Shown here in pieces: positions 27,396-36,656 of a stretch of DNA of 64,000 nucleotides. Origin of the DNA: a virus (lineage: Duplodnaviria; Caudoviricetes); the IMG/VR virus record IMGVR_UViG_3300027808_002535, positions 1 through 64,000 of that record; one strand, written 5' to 3'. Positions within the stretch are counted from its first letter, which is position 1. Each line of letters starts with the position of its first letter. Under the pieces are notes generated by a model, which had not been told where the DNA came from, did not search any database, and worked only from the letters and a program-made list of their open reading frames with translations. A program made the position numbers and the translations under genes.

Positions 27396-27827
27396 ATTTT
27401 ATACTTCTTTTCATGGACTTTTATGTTATACTGGGTACATCGTATTGCACACAAAGTTACACATGTTAAGAACTGGCACTGGGATCACCACAGCTATATA
27501 GTTAGACATGGAATGCAGGGATGGCATTGGAATAATTTATTTTTATTTAATGATACTTGGACTAGTACATTGGATTTATATGTAACTGAAGTAATACCAA
27601 CTTTGTTGTTTAGTTGGTTAACGGGTCAGTGGTGGATTTTTATCTTGTATTATGTATGGGCGGCTGTGCTTCAAGAAAGTCTGGAACATAATAAAAATAT
27701 AAACTTTTCTTTATTGACATCAGGCAAATGGCATTTAATACATCATCGACATCCTAATAAAAATTACGGATTATTTTTCCCAATATGGGATATATTATTT
27801 AGAACGCATAAACATGTGGACCAGTGA
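27390..27827 (+). CDS. Sterol desaturase/fatty-acid hydroxylase family
   Basis: YWVHRIAH, HWDHH, EHN, WHLIHH, NYG.FFPIWD.LFRT. Confidence 0.85.
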   Translation: MFILYFFSWTFMLYWVHRIAHKVTHVKNWHWDHHSYIVRHGMQGWHWNNLFLFNDTWTSTLDLYVTEVIPTLLFSWLTGQWWIFILYYVWAAVLQESLEHNKNINFSLLTSGKWHLIHHRHPNKNYGLFFPIWDILFRTHKHVDQ

Positions 27828-28719
27828 AAACAATTGGTATACGTGGAGTTATGGCGACACTCTTTGGGGCAGGCAAACCAGCAACTTGAGCTGGTACACT
27901 AGTTACAAATGTGCAAATGTACAACATGTTGGTTCGTTTAAAGAAGAAATGTTGGCGGCTGCTCGCAGTACCATGGATCATTACCCTGGTTTAAAGCCAT
28001 GTGTGTACTTCAGCGGAGGCTTGGACAGTGAACTAGTTTTGCGTTCTTACATCAACATAGGCGCAGATCCCATAGTAAATATCTTTAGATTTGAAGATTA
28101 TATCAACGAGTATGATGTGAGCTATGCTATTGTTGTCTGCGAATCATTGGGTATAAAATATAATATCATTGACTTTAATATAGCAAAGTTTTTTGAACAG
28201 GATGCAGAATATATAAGTGATATATCACAAATAGATAGACCCAGAGGTTTACCACAATTAAAGTTTTTAGATTACACAGAAGGATTTGCTGTACTGGGTA
28301 TTGGAGATCCAAGATGGTCGCGTAGCATAAAAGATAATACCCCGTGGATATTGCTGGATCAAGAACACGACACTGGCTGGGACAAGTATATCTTACACAA
28401 AAATATACCTGCTATTGCACAATGGTTTAAATGGACGCCACAATTAGTATTAGCATATACCGAACTACAATGGTTTAAAGATCTTATTATAAACAATAAG
28501 TGGCCGGGTAGAGAAGGTGTAACATCTACAAAAATTATAGGGTATAAAGAAGCGTATCCGAATTTATTGGAACGTACTAAAAAGACTGGCATGGAGCCTA
28601 TTGATAATTTAATAAATGAATTTGAAAAATTTCTAGAAAACAAAAACAATGGTCTAATTTATAGACAAGTAGTACCAAGAACATTAGATGAACTCATGAA
28701 AGAAATATTAAATGATTAA
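27814..28719 (+). CDS. PP-loop (adenine nucleotide alpha-hydrolase) ATP pyrophosphatase
   Basis: VYFSGGLDSE PP-loop. Confidence 0.7.
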   Translation: MWTSENNWYTWSYGDTLWGRQTSNLSWYTSYKCANVQHVGSFKEEMLAAARSTMDHYPGLKPCVYFSGGLDSELVLRSYINIGADPIVNIFRFEDYINEYDVSYAIVVCESLGIKYNIIDFNIAKFFEQDAEYISDISQIDRPRGLPQLKFLDYTEGFAVLGIGDPRWSRSIKDNTPWILLDQEHDTGWDKYILHKNIPAIAQWFKWTPQLVLAYTELQWFKDLIINNKWPGREGVTSTKIIGYKEAYPNLLERTKKTGMEPIDNLINEFEKFLENKNNGLIYRQVVPRTLDELMKEILND

Positions 28720-29035
28720 AATACAAAGTAATGGGTCAAATCCAGGTTGGTATCAAATAGATCAAAGTTATCAACTTCCAAATACAACAGGTGCTGTTCA
28801 ATGGAATGGCACTATGAAATGTTTTGAAGTCAGCTGTGGTGGTGGTTGGATGCGTATTGATAATACTGTTCAAATTACCAATACCTACGACATGAACATG
28901 ATTGCCCAATGGGCGATGAACAAGATGGCAGAAGAAGAAGAAACTAAGAAACTGCGTAGTAAATACCCAGCACTAGATGAAGCATATAATCACTTAGATT
29001 TAATTAAAGAATTAGTTACAGAGGAAATAAAATGA
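28712..29035 (+). CDS. Hypothetical protein
   Basis: Overlapping ORF in operon. Confidence 0.65.
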   Translation: MIKIQSNGSNPGWYQIDQSYQLPNTTGAVQWNGTMKCFEVSCGGGWMRIDNTVQITNTYDMNMIAQWAMNKMAEEEETKKLRSKYPALDEAYNHLDLIKELVTEEIK

Positions 29036-29955
29036 GAATTGGTATTATTGGTTACGGATTTGTAGGATCAGCAGTTGCGGCTGCTCATGATAGAAATATG
29101 TTGATGATCAACGATCCCGCTAAATTTGAGGAATGGCAACAATATACTGTAAAACAAATTAAAGAAAACTGTGGTTGGATTTATGTATGTTTGCCCACAG
29201 CACAAAAAGAAGATGGTGGATGTGACACTAGTATATTAGATGCTATGTTAGAACAACTCAAAGACTACGAAGGTTTTGTTATTAGTAAAAGCACAGCACC
29301 TCCTAAATGGTACAAAGACATTTTTGATAACTGTGGCATGAATAAAAAATACAAATTTAAATTTATTCACATGCCCGAATTCTTAACTGCTAAAAATGCT
29401 ATACATGATTATATGAATCCAAAAATTATTGTTATTGGCGGCAATCCAATACATACCAGTGTTATTACCACACATGTTATTAACAGTGATATGACGTATA
29501 AGAGTAAAGCCAAAATTGTTAGAACTGATATTGGTAGTGCGGCTGCTATGAAATACTATGCCAACAGTTGGTTAGCTACCAAAGTTGTTTATAACAATCA
29601 ATTTGCCAAATGGTGCGAGTCACAGGGTGTTGTATGGAATGATGTCACAGAAATTCTTGCTCAGGATAATAGATTGGGCGACACTCATTATAATGTACCT
29701 GGAGAAAACGGAGATGTTGGATATGCAGGTGCTTGTTTTCCAAAAGATATCGCTGCCATACTCAAAGTTGCCGATGATAATGGCGTAGATATGAGTTTAT
29801 TAAAATCTCAAATTGAAATCAATGATGCCATGCGTGAAACACAACGAATACAACGAGAAGAAGAAGCTGCCAGAATCAAAGCATTTCCGCAACGTCGTAG
29901 AAGAGATGAACTTCCTCCATATAATCCAAACGCTAATAACCGTAGAAGACGTTGA
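29032..29955 (+). CDS. UDP-glucose/GDP-mannose dehydrogenase family (lacks the C-terminal domain)
   Basis: GYGFVG, CLPT, SKST, PEFL, KYYAN..LA.KV, GYAGACFPKD. Confidence 0.88.
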   Translation: MRIGIIGYGFVGSAVAAAHDRNMLMINDPAKFEEWQQYTVKQIKENCGWIYVCLPTAQKEDGGCDTSILDAMLEQLKDYEGFVISKSTAPPKWYKDIFDNCGMNKKYKFKFIHMPEFLTAKNAIHDYMNPKIIVIGGNPIHTSVITTHVINSDMTYKSKAKIVRTDIGSAAAMKYYANSWLATKVVYNNQFAKWCESQGVVWNDVTEILAQDNRLGDTHYNVPGENGDVGYAGACFPKDIAAILKVADDNGVDMSLLKSQIEINDAMRETQRIQREEEAARIKAFPQRRRRDELPPYNPNANNRRRR

Positions 29956-29980
29956 CAAGACCTAAATAATCATGTATAAT
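29952..29980 (+). promoter_or_regulatory. Sigma70 promoter with embedded TAAATA
   Basis: TTGACA-N17-TATAAT; TAAATA at 29963. Confidence 0.8.
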
Positions 29981-29999
29981 ACTAACATGGAGACTTTAT

Positions 30000-30854
30000 A
30001 TGCAACCTATATTTAAAAAAGATGAATTCATTCACGGGACCATTTTAAAATTTAAACAAGACAAAATTGAGGAAGTAACAGACATGACTGATAAAAACGA
30101 ACTAACAACTCTGCAAAATATCATTGTTGGTGCAGAACAGCAGGACAACGACAAAGGCTATGAAGAAGCTTACCTTGGAGATCACTTGCGTTTTAAAATG
30201 AAACGTGATAACAAACGCTTCTGGGCAGGTGATAACATCAGTGAATATTTACATGAAGGTGATGTAGAGAAACTCATCGATGAAGCCGCATTGGCATTTG
30301 AAACTGTGTTGGATCGTTTACTTATTGACCGTGAGAATGATCCTAATAGTAAAGGCACAGCAAGACGACTTGCTAAAATGTATTTTAATGAAATTATGGC
30401 AGGTAGATATGAACCAGCACCAGACGCAACAGCATTTCCAAATGATTCAACAGACCGTTATGAAGGCATGCTCGTGGTTCGCAGTGAACTTCGTAGTATG
30501 TGTAGTCATCATCACCAACCCGTTACTGGGGTTGCTTATATTGGCATTATTGCGGCAGAGAAACTGATCGGCTTATCAAAGTACACAAGAATAGCACAAT
30601 GGTGTGCTCGTCGAGGAACACTACAAGAAGAATTATGTAATGACATTGCTAGGGAAATACAAAAAGCAACTGAATCAGAAAATGTAGCAGTGTACATTCA
30701 AGCAGTACATGGATGTTGCGAAAATAGAGGTATTATGGCACACAGTAGTTTGACGCAGACTACTGTACTTAAAGGATTCTTTAAAGAAGATCCGGGTGCA
30801 AAGAAAGAATTCTTTGATAATATTAAACTACAACAGGAGTTTGCACCAAGATGA
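30000..30854 (+). CDS. folE: GTP cyclohydrolase I (alternative start at 30084)
   Basis: SMCSHHHQP, GLSKY.R, LQEE, HGCCENRG, TT.L.G.F. Confidence 0.95.
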   Translation: MQPIFKKDEFIHGTILKFKQDKIEEVTDMTDKNELTTLQNIIVGAEQQDNDKGYEEAYLGDHLRFKMKRDNKRFWAGDNISEYLHEGDVEKLIDEAALAFETVLDRLLIDRENDPNSKGTARRLAKMYFNEIMAGRYEPAPDATAFPNDSTDRYEGMLVVRSELRSMCSHHHQPVTGVAYIGIIAAEKLIGLSKYTRIAQWCARRGTLQEELCNDIAREIQKATESENVAVYIQAVHGCCENRGIMAHSSLTQTTVLKGFFKEDPGAKKEFFDNIKLQQEFAPR

Positions 30855-31054
30855 AAGATCCAGTAATAGAATCCAAAGCCAATGAATTAAAGTCGTTGGT
30901 TGATCAAGTTAATCAAATTATGAGTGATCTACAAGACATGAATGTAGAAGTTAGAATTGCATATATTGATAAAAATGAATATAATCCTACTAATGAAAAA
31001 TTAAGACAAGGCATCAAACTTTGGAAAGTAGAAGAGCACAATGGCTACCTCTAG
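30851..31054 (+). CDS. Hypothetical protein
   Basis: ATGA-coupled ORF. Confidence 0.6.
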   Translation: MKDPVIESKANELKSLVDQVNQIMSDLQDMNVEVRIAYIDKNEYNPTNEKLRQGIKLWKVEEHNGYL

Positions 31055-31385
31055 TCCAGGTTACGGTGCCATACCGCCATTCGTGGGTGCCGCTATACCC
31101 GCAGGGCAGGTACTAACTACTAATGGAACAAATGGTAGTAGTTGGTCGACGCAACATACTAATGCTGTTCAAATTGGTAATCCTGATCCTGTTATTACAT
31201 TTAAATTAGACGGTGACATCGTAACCAAAGCAGGAACTATTACAGCAGATGATTGGATTTCTGTTATCAAAGTTATGAAACAGTTGATCATGGACATGAG
31301 CCAAGATGAGGAATTAGTATCTAAATATCCGTATATACGTGATGCGGCACATATATGGATGATTAACAAACTTAAAGGAGAATAA
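31041..31385 (+). CDS. Hypothetical protein
   Basis: Overlapping ORF in operon. Confidence 0.6.
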   Translation: MATSSPGYGAIPPFVGAAIPAGQVLTTNGTNGSSWSTQHTNAVQIGNPDPVITFKLDGDIVTKAGTITADDWISVIKVMKQLIMDMSQDEELVSKYPYIRDAAHIWMINKLKGE

Positions 31386-31386
31386 T

Positions 31387-31650
31387 ATGGCTACACGCAA
31401 AAAGAAATCAGACAGTGTTACTTTAGAAATGCCAGGCACTATTGGCGGCGCCAAAATAGTATTTGCAGAACCCGCAGTGGTCAAAGTCAAAGGTAGTCAT
31501 TTAACTATCACATACACTAACGATTATCCTGAAAAATTAGAATGGGACGATGAGGCATTGATACGTGATGTTCGTGCGGCATTACTAAAAGCAGAAAGTA
31601 ACGTTCCTACTACAATAGAATCTAAATCAAAGAAGAGCAAAGCAAAATGA
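31387..31650 (+). CDS. Hypothetical protein
   Basis: SD AAGGAG; basic termini. Confidence 0.65.
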   Translation: MATRKKKSDSVTLEMPGTIGGAKIVFAEPAVVKVKGSHLTITYTNDYPEKLEWDDEALIRDVRAALLKAESNVPTTIESKSKKSKAK

Positions 31651-32060
31651 AAACAACAGTAACTATATCAGATAACGAAGAATATGTAATGGAAGATTTT
31701 CCATGGCGTGATCCAATTAAAGAAAATGAACAAATGATAGTGTTTATAGACAACTATCCCGTGAGTGAAGCTGGACATTTTCTTTTTGTGCCTAAGACAA
31801 ATGACATCAGCGACATTGCGGATTGTTTGACTGCCGCTACCAAACAAGGTGCTGTCTTTATAGAAGAAGGCAGATGTGATGGATTTAACGTAGGATTGAA
31901 CTATGGAGAAAGTGCTGGACAGACTGTTGACTGGCCGCACGTTCATTTAATTCTCCGTGTTCTTGGTGATTGTGTCAATCCAAAAGGCGGAGTAAGAAAT
32001 GTAATTCCAGGTAAAGGCGATTACACAGCAGATGAAAACACAACAACTGATTTCTCTTAA
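31647..32060 (+). CDS. HIT-family nucleotide hydrolase
   Basis: YPVS..GHFLFVPK, GFNVGLNYGESAGQTVDWPHVHLI. Confidence 0.88.
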   Translation: MKTTVTISDNEEYVMEDFPWRDPIKENEQMIVFIDNYPVSEAGHFLFVPKTNDISDIADCLTAATKQGAVFIEEGRCDGFNVGLNYGESAGQTVDWPHVHLILRVLGDCVNPKGGVRNVIPGKGDYTADENTTTDFS

Positions 32061-32271
32061 TTTTTGGGAATCTAAACAGTTAGAATATTGGCTGGCTGAC
32101 AATTTTCCAGATTGTCGAGTTCGTTGCCTTTATGATACTTGGTCCGGACATCCAGAAGTAGTCGAATGGTATGCCATAGAAGGTGATATTCCACTTGACA
32201 TGGAGTGCCTTCTGAAGTTAAAATATGGTGACAAACTAAAAAGCTCTAACGCAGGAATAAGACATGGATAA
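32032..32271 (+). CDS. Hypothetical protein
   Basis: Overlapping ORF ending in ..LKLKYG.. Confidence 0.55.
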   Translation: MKTQQLISLNFWESKQLEYWLADNFPDCRVRCLYDTWSGHPEVVEWYAIEGDIPLDMECLLKLKYGDKLKSSNAGIRHG

Positions 32272-33124
32272 AATTAAAGTAAGCGAAATCTTTTATAGCG
32301 CACAAGGTGAAGGACGTTTTATAGGCGTACCCAGTGTGTTCTTTCGTACATTCGGCTGTAACTTTAAATGTGGTGGCTTTGGCCTGCCCGCAGGTCAAAA
32401 GACTACAGAACCAGATGACATAGGTGCCAAGGTTCATTTGTATAAAACATTTATGGACTTGCCTTTAGCACAAACAGGCTGTGACAGCTACGCTAGTTGG
32501 CATCCAGCGTTTAAACACCTAAGTCCTTATTACAGCATTGATGAAGCCGTAGATGAAATGCTTAAATTAACTCCTAATAATGCATGGAAGCAACGCAATG
32601 GTAATGACGTACATCTTGTTATTACGGGCGGTGAGCCATTGCTGGGATGGCAACAACTATATCCAGATTTGCTAAGTGAAAATAAGATGCGCGATCTCGA
32701 AAATCTAACCTTCGAGACAAACGGCACTCAGCACTTGCATGAAGACTTTAAACGTTTCTTGTCAGACTCCTATCACTTACGTAAAGATCAAATTACATTT
32801 AGTGTGAGTCCTAAACTAAGTGCCAGCGGAGAGTCGTGGAAGGATGCAGTCTGTCCCGAAGTAGTAGTAGAATATCAAACACGTGGCTTCACATACTTGA
32901 AGTTCGTTGTTGACAAGTTAGAAGACTTTAAAGAAGTAGATGCTGCCACAGCAGAATACAGGGATGCAGGGTTTAATGGGCCCGCGTTTGTCATGCCAGT
33001 GGGCGGCACAGACGCGGCATATTTTGCCAACAGCAAACATATTGCAGACATTGCATTAGAAAAAGGTTACAGATATAGTCCTAGACTACATGTAGACATT
33101 TGGAGTAACGGATGGGGGAAATAA
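32264..33124 (+). CDS. queE: 7-carboxy-7-deazaguanine synthase (radical SAM) with expanded cluster motif
   Basis: SEIFYSAQGEG, FFRTFGCNFKC..CDS, VITGGEPL, FETNGT, SVSPK, YSPRLH. Confidence 0.9.
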   Translation: MDKIKVSEIFYSAQGEGRFIGVPSVFFRTFGCNFKCGGFGLPAGQKTTEPDDIGAKVHLYKTFMDLPLAQTGCDSYASWHPAFKHLSPYYSIDEAVDEMLKLTPNNAWKQRNGNDVHLVITGGEPLLGWQQLYPDLLSENKMRDLENLTFETNGTQHLHEDFKRFLSDSYHLRKDQITFSVSPKLSASGESWKDAVCPEVVVEYQTRGFTYLKFVVDKLEDFKEVDAATAEYRDAGFNGPAFVMPVGGTDAAYFANSKHIADIALEKGYRYSPRLHVDIWSNGWGK

Positions 33125-33480
33125 TGAAAGCACAACAACCAGCAAAAGGTATAATGATCGACGCAGATTATGGCAATAGCAAATCATATACTATTGCCTG
33201 CGATTGTCATGACGGAGATCATCAGGTTCATATGTGGATTGAAATAAACAGTGACGACGATTTGAAAGATATTGAAATGACTTTTTATGTTAATACTACC
33301 ACACCATTCTGGAAACCAGGGTTTAGTAGGGCCAAGGCTGCTTGGGATATATTGGTTAATGGTTATAGAGAAGATCAACATTCATTGATCTTAAACAAAC
33401 AGGCAGCATTGAATGTTGCCAGTACTATTAATCAAGTAGTAAAAGAATTAGAGGAAAAGAAAAATGGAAGTTCAACCTAA
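33124..33480 (+). CDS. Hypothetical protein (CDC..H motif)
   Basis: ORF in operon. Confidence 0.65.
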   Translation: MKAQQPAKGIMIDADYGNSKSYTIACDCHDGDHQVHMWIEINSDDDLKDIEMTFYVNTTTPFWKPGFSRAKAAWDILVNGYREDQHSLILNKQAALNVASTINQVVKELEEKKNGSST

Positions 33481-33631
33481 AGATACGAGCAAGGGACATT
33501 TTTATGTCAGTCTTGTTAAAAGCGGATTACGTATTGCCGCTGGTGCGGCATTATGTATCTATGGCTTACCTATTGTAGGCGGATTGTTTATTGCCGCAGA
33601 GATACTAGGCATTGTCGAGGAACTTGTATGA
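33464..33631 (+). CDS. Small membrane protein (55 aa, below the ORF-track cutoff)
   Basis: MEVQPKDTSKGHFYVSLVKSGLRIAAGAALCIYGLPIVGGLFIAAEILGIVEELV; SD GAGG; ATGA-coupled to the next gene. Confidence 0.7.
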   Translation: MEVQPKDTSKGHFYVSLVKSGLRIAAGAALCIYGLPIVGGLFIAAEILGIVEELV

Positions 33632-33939
33632 AAGATTTCCTAAAAGGTCTGTTCAATAAAAAAGAACAACCTACAGGCAAAGAAGGTAAAGAACCTTGGG
33701 TCAATGTTGTTAACACAAACTTTGACGGAGAAAATCCAAATCAAGGCTTTATGGAACTTGAATGGAATAAACCATTTATTGAGTTCCTGCGTAAACATGG
33801 TTATGAAGGCGCCACTGACGAAGAAGTGGTAGACAAATGGTTCACTGATCTATGCAAGAACATTGGCGGCCAAATGGACGAAGAAGCCAAATTTGTCGCT
33901 GATGCTGACAAGTTACCAAAAAAGCGTAAGAAGGCTTGA
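33628..33939 (+). CDS. Conserved-looking hypothetical phage protein
   Basis: EPWV.V..GFMELEWN..F..L...GY.G.TDEEVVDKWF. Confidence 0.7.
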   Translation: MKDFLKGLFNKKEQPTGKEGKEPWVNVVNTNFDGENPNQGFMELEWNKPFIEFLRKHGYEGATDEEVVDKWFTDLCKNIGGQMDEEAKFVADADKLPKKRKKA

Positions 33940-33963
33940 CTTTAATTGATAATCGTGTATAAT
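33936..33963 (+). promoter_or_regulatory. Sigma70-type promoter
   Basis: TTGACT-N16-TATAAT with extended TG. Confidence 0.6.
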
Positions 33964-33968
33964 AGTGT

Positions 33969-34184
33969 ATGTCAGCAAAATTAAATTGGAACTTTGAAGT
34001 TAAATGGGTAGGTGATACTCATATATTATTAATCCTAACAAGAACCGATGACGACAACATTAAAAATGAAATGCTGATGACGGTTAAAGAGTATGCTGAG
34101 TTTATGAGCTTGCTACAAGAGTTCAACATACATTTTAAAGAAAAAATTGATCAACAACTTATACAAGAGTATTTAAATGGGTAA
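33969..34184 (+). CDS. Hypothetical protein
   Basis: ORF immediately after the promoter. Confidence 0.6.
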   Translation: MSAKLNWNFEVKWVGDTHILLILTRTDDDNIKNEMLMTVKEYAEFMSLLQEFNIHFKEKIDQQLIQEYLNG

Positions 34185-35166
34185 ACAATACATCCTGGTA
34201 GATGCCGCTAATATGTTCTTCCGTGCTAGACATGTTGTCCGCGGAGAAGATGCAGAAACTAAGGTAGGCATGGCTTACCACATTATGTTTAACAGCATTA
34301 ACAAAGTATGGCGTGACTTTAAAGGTAGCCACGTTGTTGTCTGCCTCGAGGGTCGAAGCTGGCGCAAAGATGCTGATAAAAACTATAAAGCAAATCGTAC
34401 TGCGGCACGTATGGCACTGAGTCCTAAAGAAGCAGAAGAAGATAAAATCTTTTGGCAAGCATTCGACGAGTTTAAAGACTATCTCACATCCAAATCTAAC
34501 TGTACTGTTCTACAGCATGAACGCTGTGAAGCTGATGATTTCATTGCTCGCTTTATTCAAAATCATCCAGAAGATGAACATGTGATTGTCAGCAGTGACA
34601 GCGACTTTTACCAATTACTTTCTTCAAACGTTCGTCAGTTCAATGGCATTAGTAAACAACTAATTACCGTTGAAGGCATCTTTGATGAAAAAGGGCGCCG
34701 CATTAAAGATAAGAAAACTAAAGAAGAACTGGCGCCGCCTGATCCAGAATGGTTATTGTTCGAAAAATGTATGCGTGGTGACAGCAGTGACAATGTCTTT
34801 TCTGCTTATCCAGGTGTGCGTGAAAAAGGCACTAAGAATAAAGTTGGACTACGCGAAGCGTTTGCTGATAGAGAAAACAAAGGCTTAAATTGGAATATGA
34901 TGATGTTGCAACGTTGGGTTGACCATAATAAAGTCGAACACAGAGTTCGTGATAGATATTTGCATAATAAGATGCTAATTGACTTGACAGAACAGCCAGA
35001 AGATATTAAACTAGCGTTAGACACAACTATTAGCGAATCCGTTAATAAACAAAGGGTACAGTCGGTGGGCTTACACTTTGTTAAGTTTTGTAGCAAATGG
35101 AATCTTGTCACTATCGCAGATAAAATGACAGATCATGGCGAATACCTCGGAGCAACATACCAATGA
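34177..35166 (+). CDS. rnh: RNase H / 5'-3' flap exonuclease (T4 rnh-like)
   Basis: LVDAAN, SWRK..YKANR, EADD, SSDSDFYQL, GDSSDN. Confidence 0.9.
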   Translation: MGKQYILVDAANMFFRARHVVRGEDAETKVGMAYHIMFNSINKVWRDFKGSHVVVCLEGRSWRKDADKNYKANRTAARMALSPKEAEEDKIFWQAFDEFKDYLTSKSNCTVLQHERCEADDFIARFIQNHPEDEHVIVSSDSDFYQLLSSNVRQFNGISKQLITVEGIFDEKGRRIKDKKTKEELAPPDPEWLLFEKCMRGDSSDNVFSAYPGVREKGTKNKVGLREAFADRENKGLNWNMMMLQRWVDHNKVEHRVRDRYLHNKMLIDLTEQPEDIKLALDTTISESVNKQRVQSVGLHFVKFCSKWNLVTIADKMTDHGEYLGATYQ

Positions 35167-35636
35167 TTTTAGCAAAAAGTGTAATTAAAGATAAGTTTTG
35201 GATATTAGAAGAAAATGCCAAACGGGTTGGCATGATGAACTTTAAAGATAATAACTATACTATTAATCTTAAACGCAAAGACATAGTGGCGTATAGTGCC
35301 AACGATCTCAAAGATCTTGGCATTGAGTTTGTCGTACGCGATTTAACGCATGGCGGACATCTTGAGGTCATGAGTTACCCAACAGACCAAGAAGAAGTCT
35401 TTAATGTAAAAGAGATCGACGGATTTCCGACATTTACTAAAAAAGCAGAAAGTAAAAGCACACACGTTGCGGGTTGGTATGGATTAAGATTTAAAAATGG
35501 TTGGTGTACTAGTTTATGTCCTAGATTATCCACTGTTAAGACTAATGTATATGTGGGACCTTTTAAAACTAAAATGGATCTAAAAGTTGTTTTAGGACAG
35601 AAAAAAGACGTAATTTTAGACGAAGACGATAGTTAA
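35163..35636 (+). CDS. Hypothetical protein
   Basis: ATGA-coupled; TKKAESKS..AGWY, CPRL..Y.GPFKT. Confidence 0.7.
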   Translation: MILAKSVIKDKFWILEENAKRVGMMNFKDNNYTINLKRKDIVAYSANDLKDLGIEFVVRDLTHGGHLEVMSYPTDQEEVFNVKEIDGFPTFTKKAESKSTHVAGWYGLRFKNGWCTSLCPRLSTVKTNVYVGPFKTKMDLKVVLGQKKDVILDEDDS

Positions 35637-35685
35637 AATAGTATATAACCTGTTTTCTGATAAATAATATATCGGAGAACATTAA

Positions 35686-36003
35686 ATGGCAAGACCTAAA
35701 CCTACTATATTATTAACACACGTGGATCCTAGCTCATATAAGAGCGAAGAAGTATTAGAAGCTGATGCTATCTATGCAGTATTTTATAAAGGCCGGCCTT
35801 TTAATCTTCGTACATTCCTAAACAGCTTACAGGATTATCCCGGGCCAAAGTACAAGAAGGTTAGCTTTAGTAATTCAGGACACGCATTTAATCTAATGGA
35901 AAAAATGAACAAGTTGTTCAAGTGTTCGGATTTTATTGTAGTAGAATTAAAAGAAGGGTCTTTAGTCAATGAGTCAGACCTTGTCAAAAAAGCAGTTAAG
36001 TGA
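35686..36003 (+). CDS. Hypothetical protein (MARPKP N-terminus)
   Basis: SD GGAG; TAAATA at 35661. Confidence 0.75.
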   Translation: MARPKPTILLTHVDPSSYKSEEVLEADAIYAVFYKGRPFNLRTFLNSLQDYPGPKYKKVSFSNSGHAFNLMEKMNKLFKCSDFIVVELKEGSLVNESDLVKKAVK

Positions 36004-36307
36004 AGCAATATTCGAACAACTTAAAAAGTCCGTAGGACAAGAATTAGAGTTCTTTCAAATATTTAAAAATGTCAAGGGTACCAGATTTACCAGTACAGGT
36101 TTTGAACTGGCTAAAAGTCTATGGCGAGTGTATCCAATAAAATTCAAACAAGAATATAGAGTATTAAACAAGACTCTACTGTTATTAGACGAACGCATGG
36201 ATTGGCCATATTACCTGAGCAAACGTCAATTAGTATTGTTCAGCGAAATGGATGCGTTCGAGTTTACATTATATTCGGGCGATATAAATTTATGGTCCAA
36301 TAAATGA
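35969..36307 (+). CDS. Hypothetical protein
   Basis: Overlapping ORF. Confidence 0.65.
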   Translation: MSQTLSKKQLSEAIFEQLKKSVGQELEFFQIFKNVKGTRFTSTGFELAKSLWRVYPIKFKQEYRVLNKTLLLLDERMDWPYYLSKRQLVLFSEMDAFEFTLYSGDINLWSNK

Positions 36308-36311
36308 TAAA

Positions 36312-36656
36312 TTATACAACTTCATTTTCAACTGTAATTGCGTGGCCATGTAATAAGTTGTATTCATCACGAGTATCTTTGAATGGTGTCATGCCTTGGG
36401 CGGCGATTATGGCGGCCTCTTCGTCAAAATAGTTCATCTTACTTTCGGCCGAGTTAAAGCTGTAAGCAGATATCAGTGTTAAGCCGTCTTCTGACTCGGT
36501 TCTTTCGAACGAAATAAGGCGCTCGGGCCCGGCAACCTGGGGACGTTGTTGTTTCGCCTGTGTCATTAGCTCTTGGTATACTTGACCCACAGCCGTATGA
36601 ATAAAAAATGGTGCATTTGCAGTTGGTCTTACAGTGGTGACTGTGAATTTGAACAT
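36312..36656 (-). CDS. Hypothetical protein
   Basis: SD AGGAG and TAAATA upstream on the minus strand. Confidence 0.7.
   Translation of the reverse strand: MFKFTVTTVRPTANAPFFIHTAVGQVYQELMTQAKQQRPQVAGPERLISFERTESEDGLTLISAYSFNSAESKMNYFDEEAAIIAAQGMTPFKDTRDEYNLLHGHAITVENEVV

Noticed and set aside
27814-28719. Annotating this gene as queC
   Set aside because: Only the SGGLDS loop matches and the QueC zinc-binding Cys cluster is absent; kept as a generic PP-loop enzyme.
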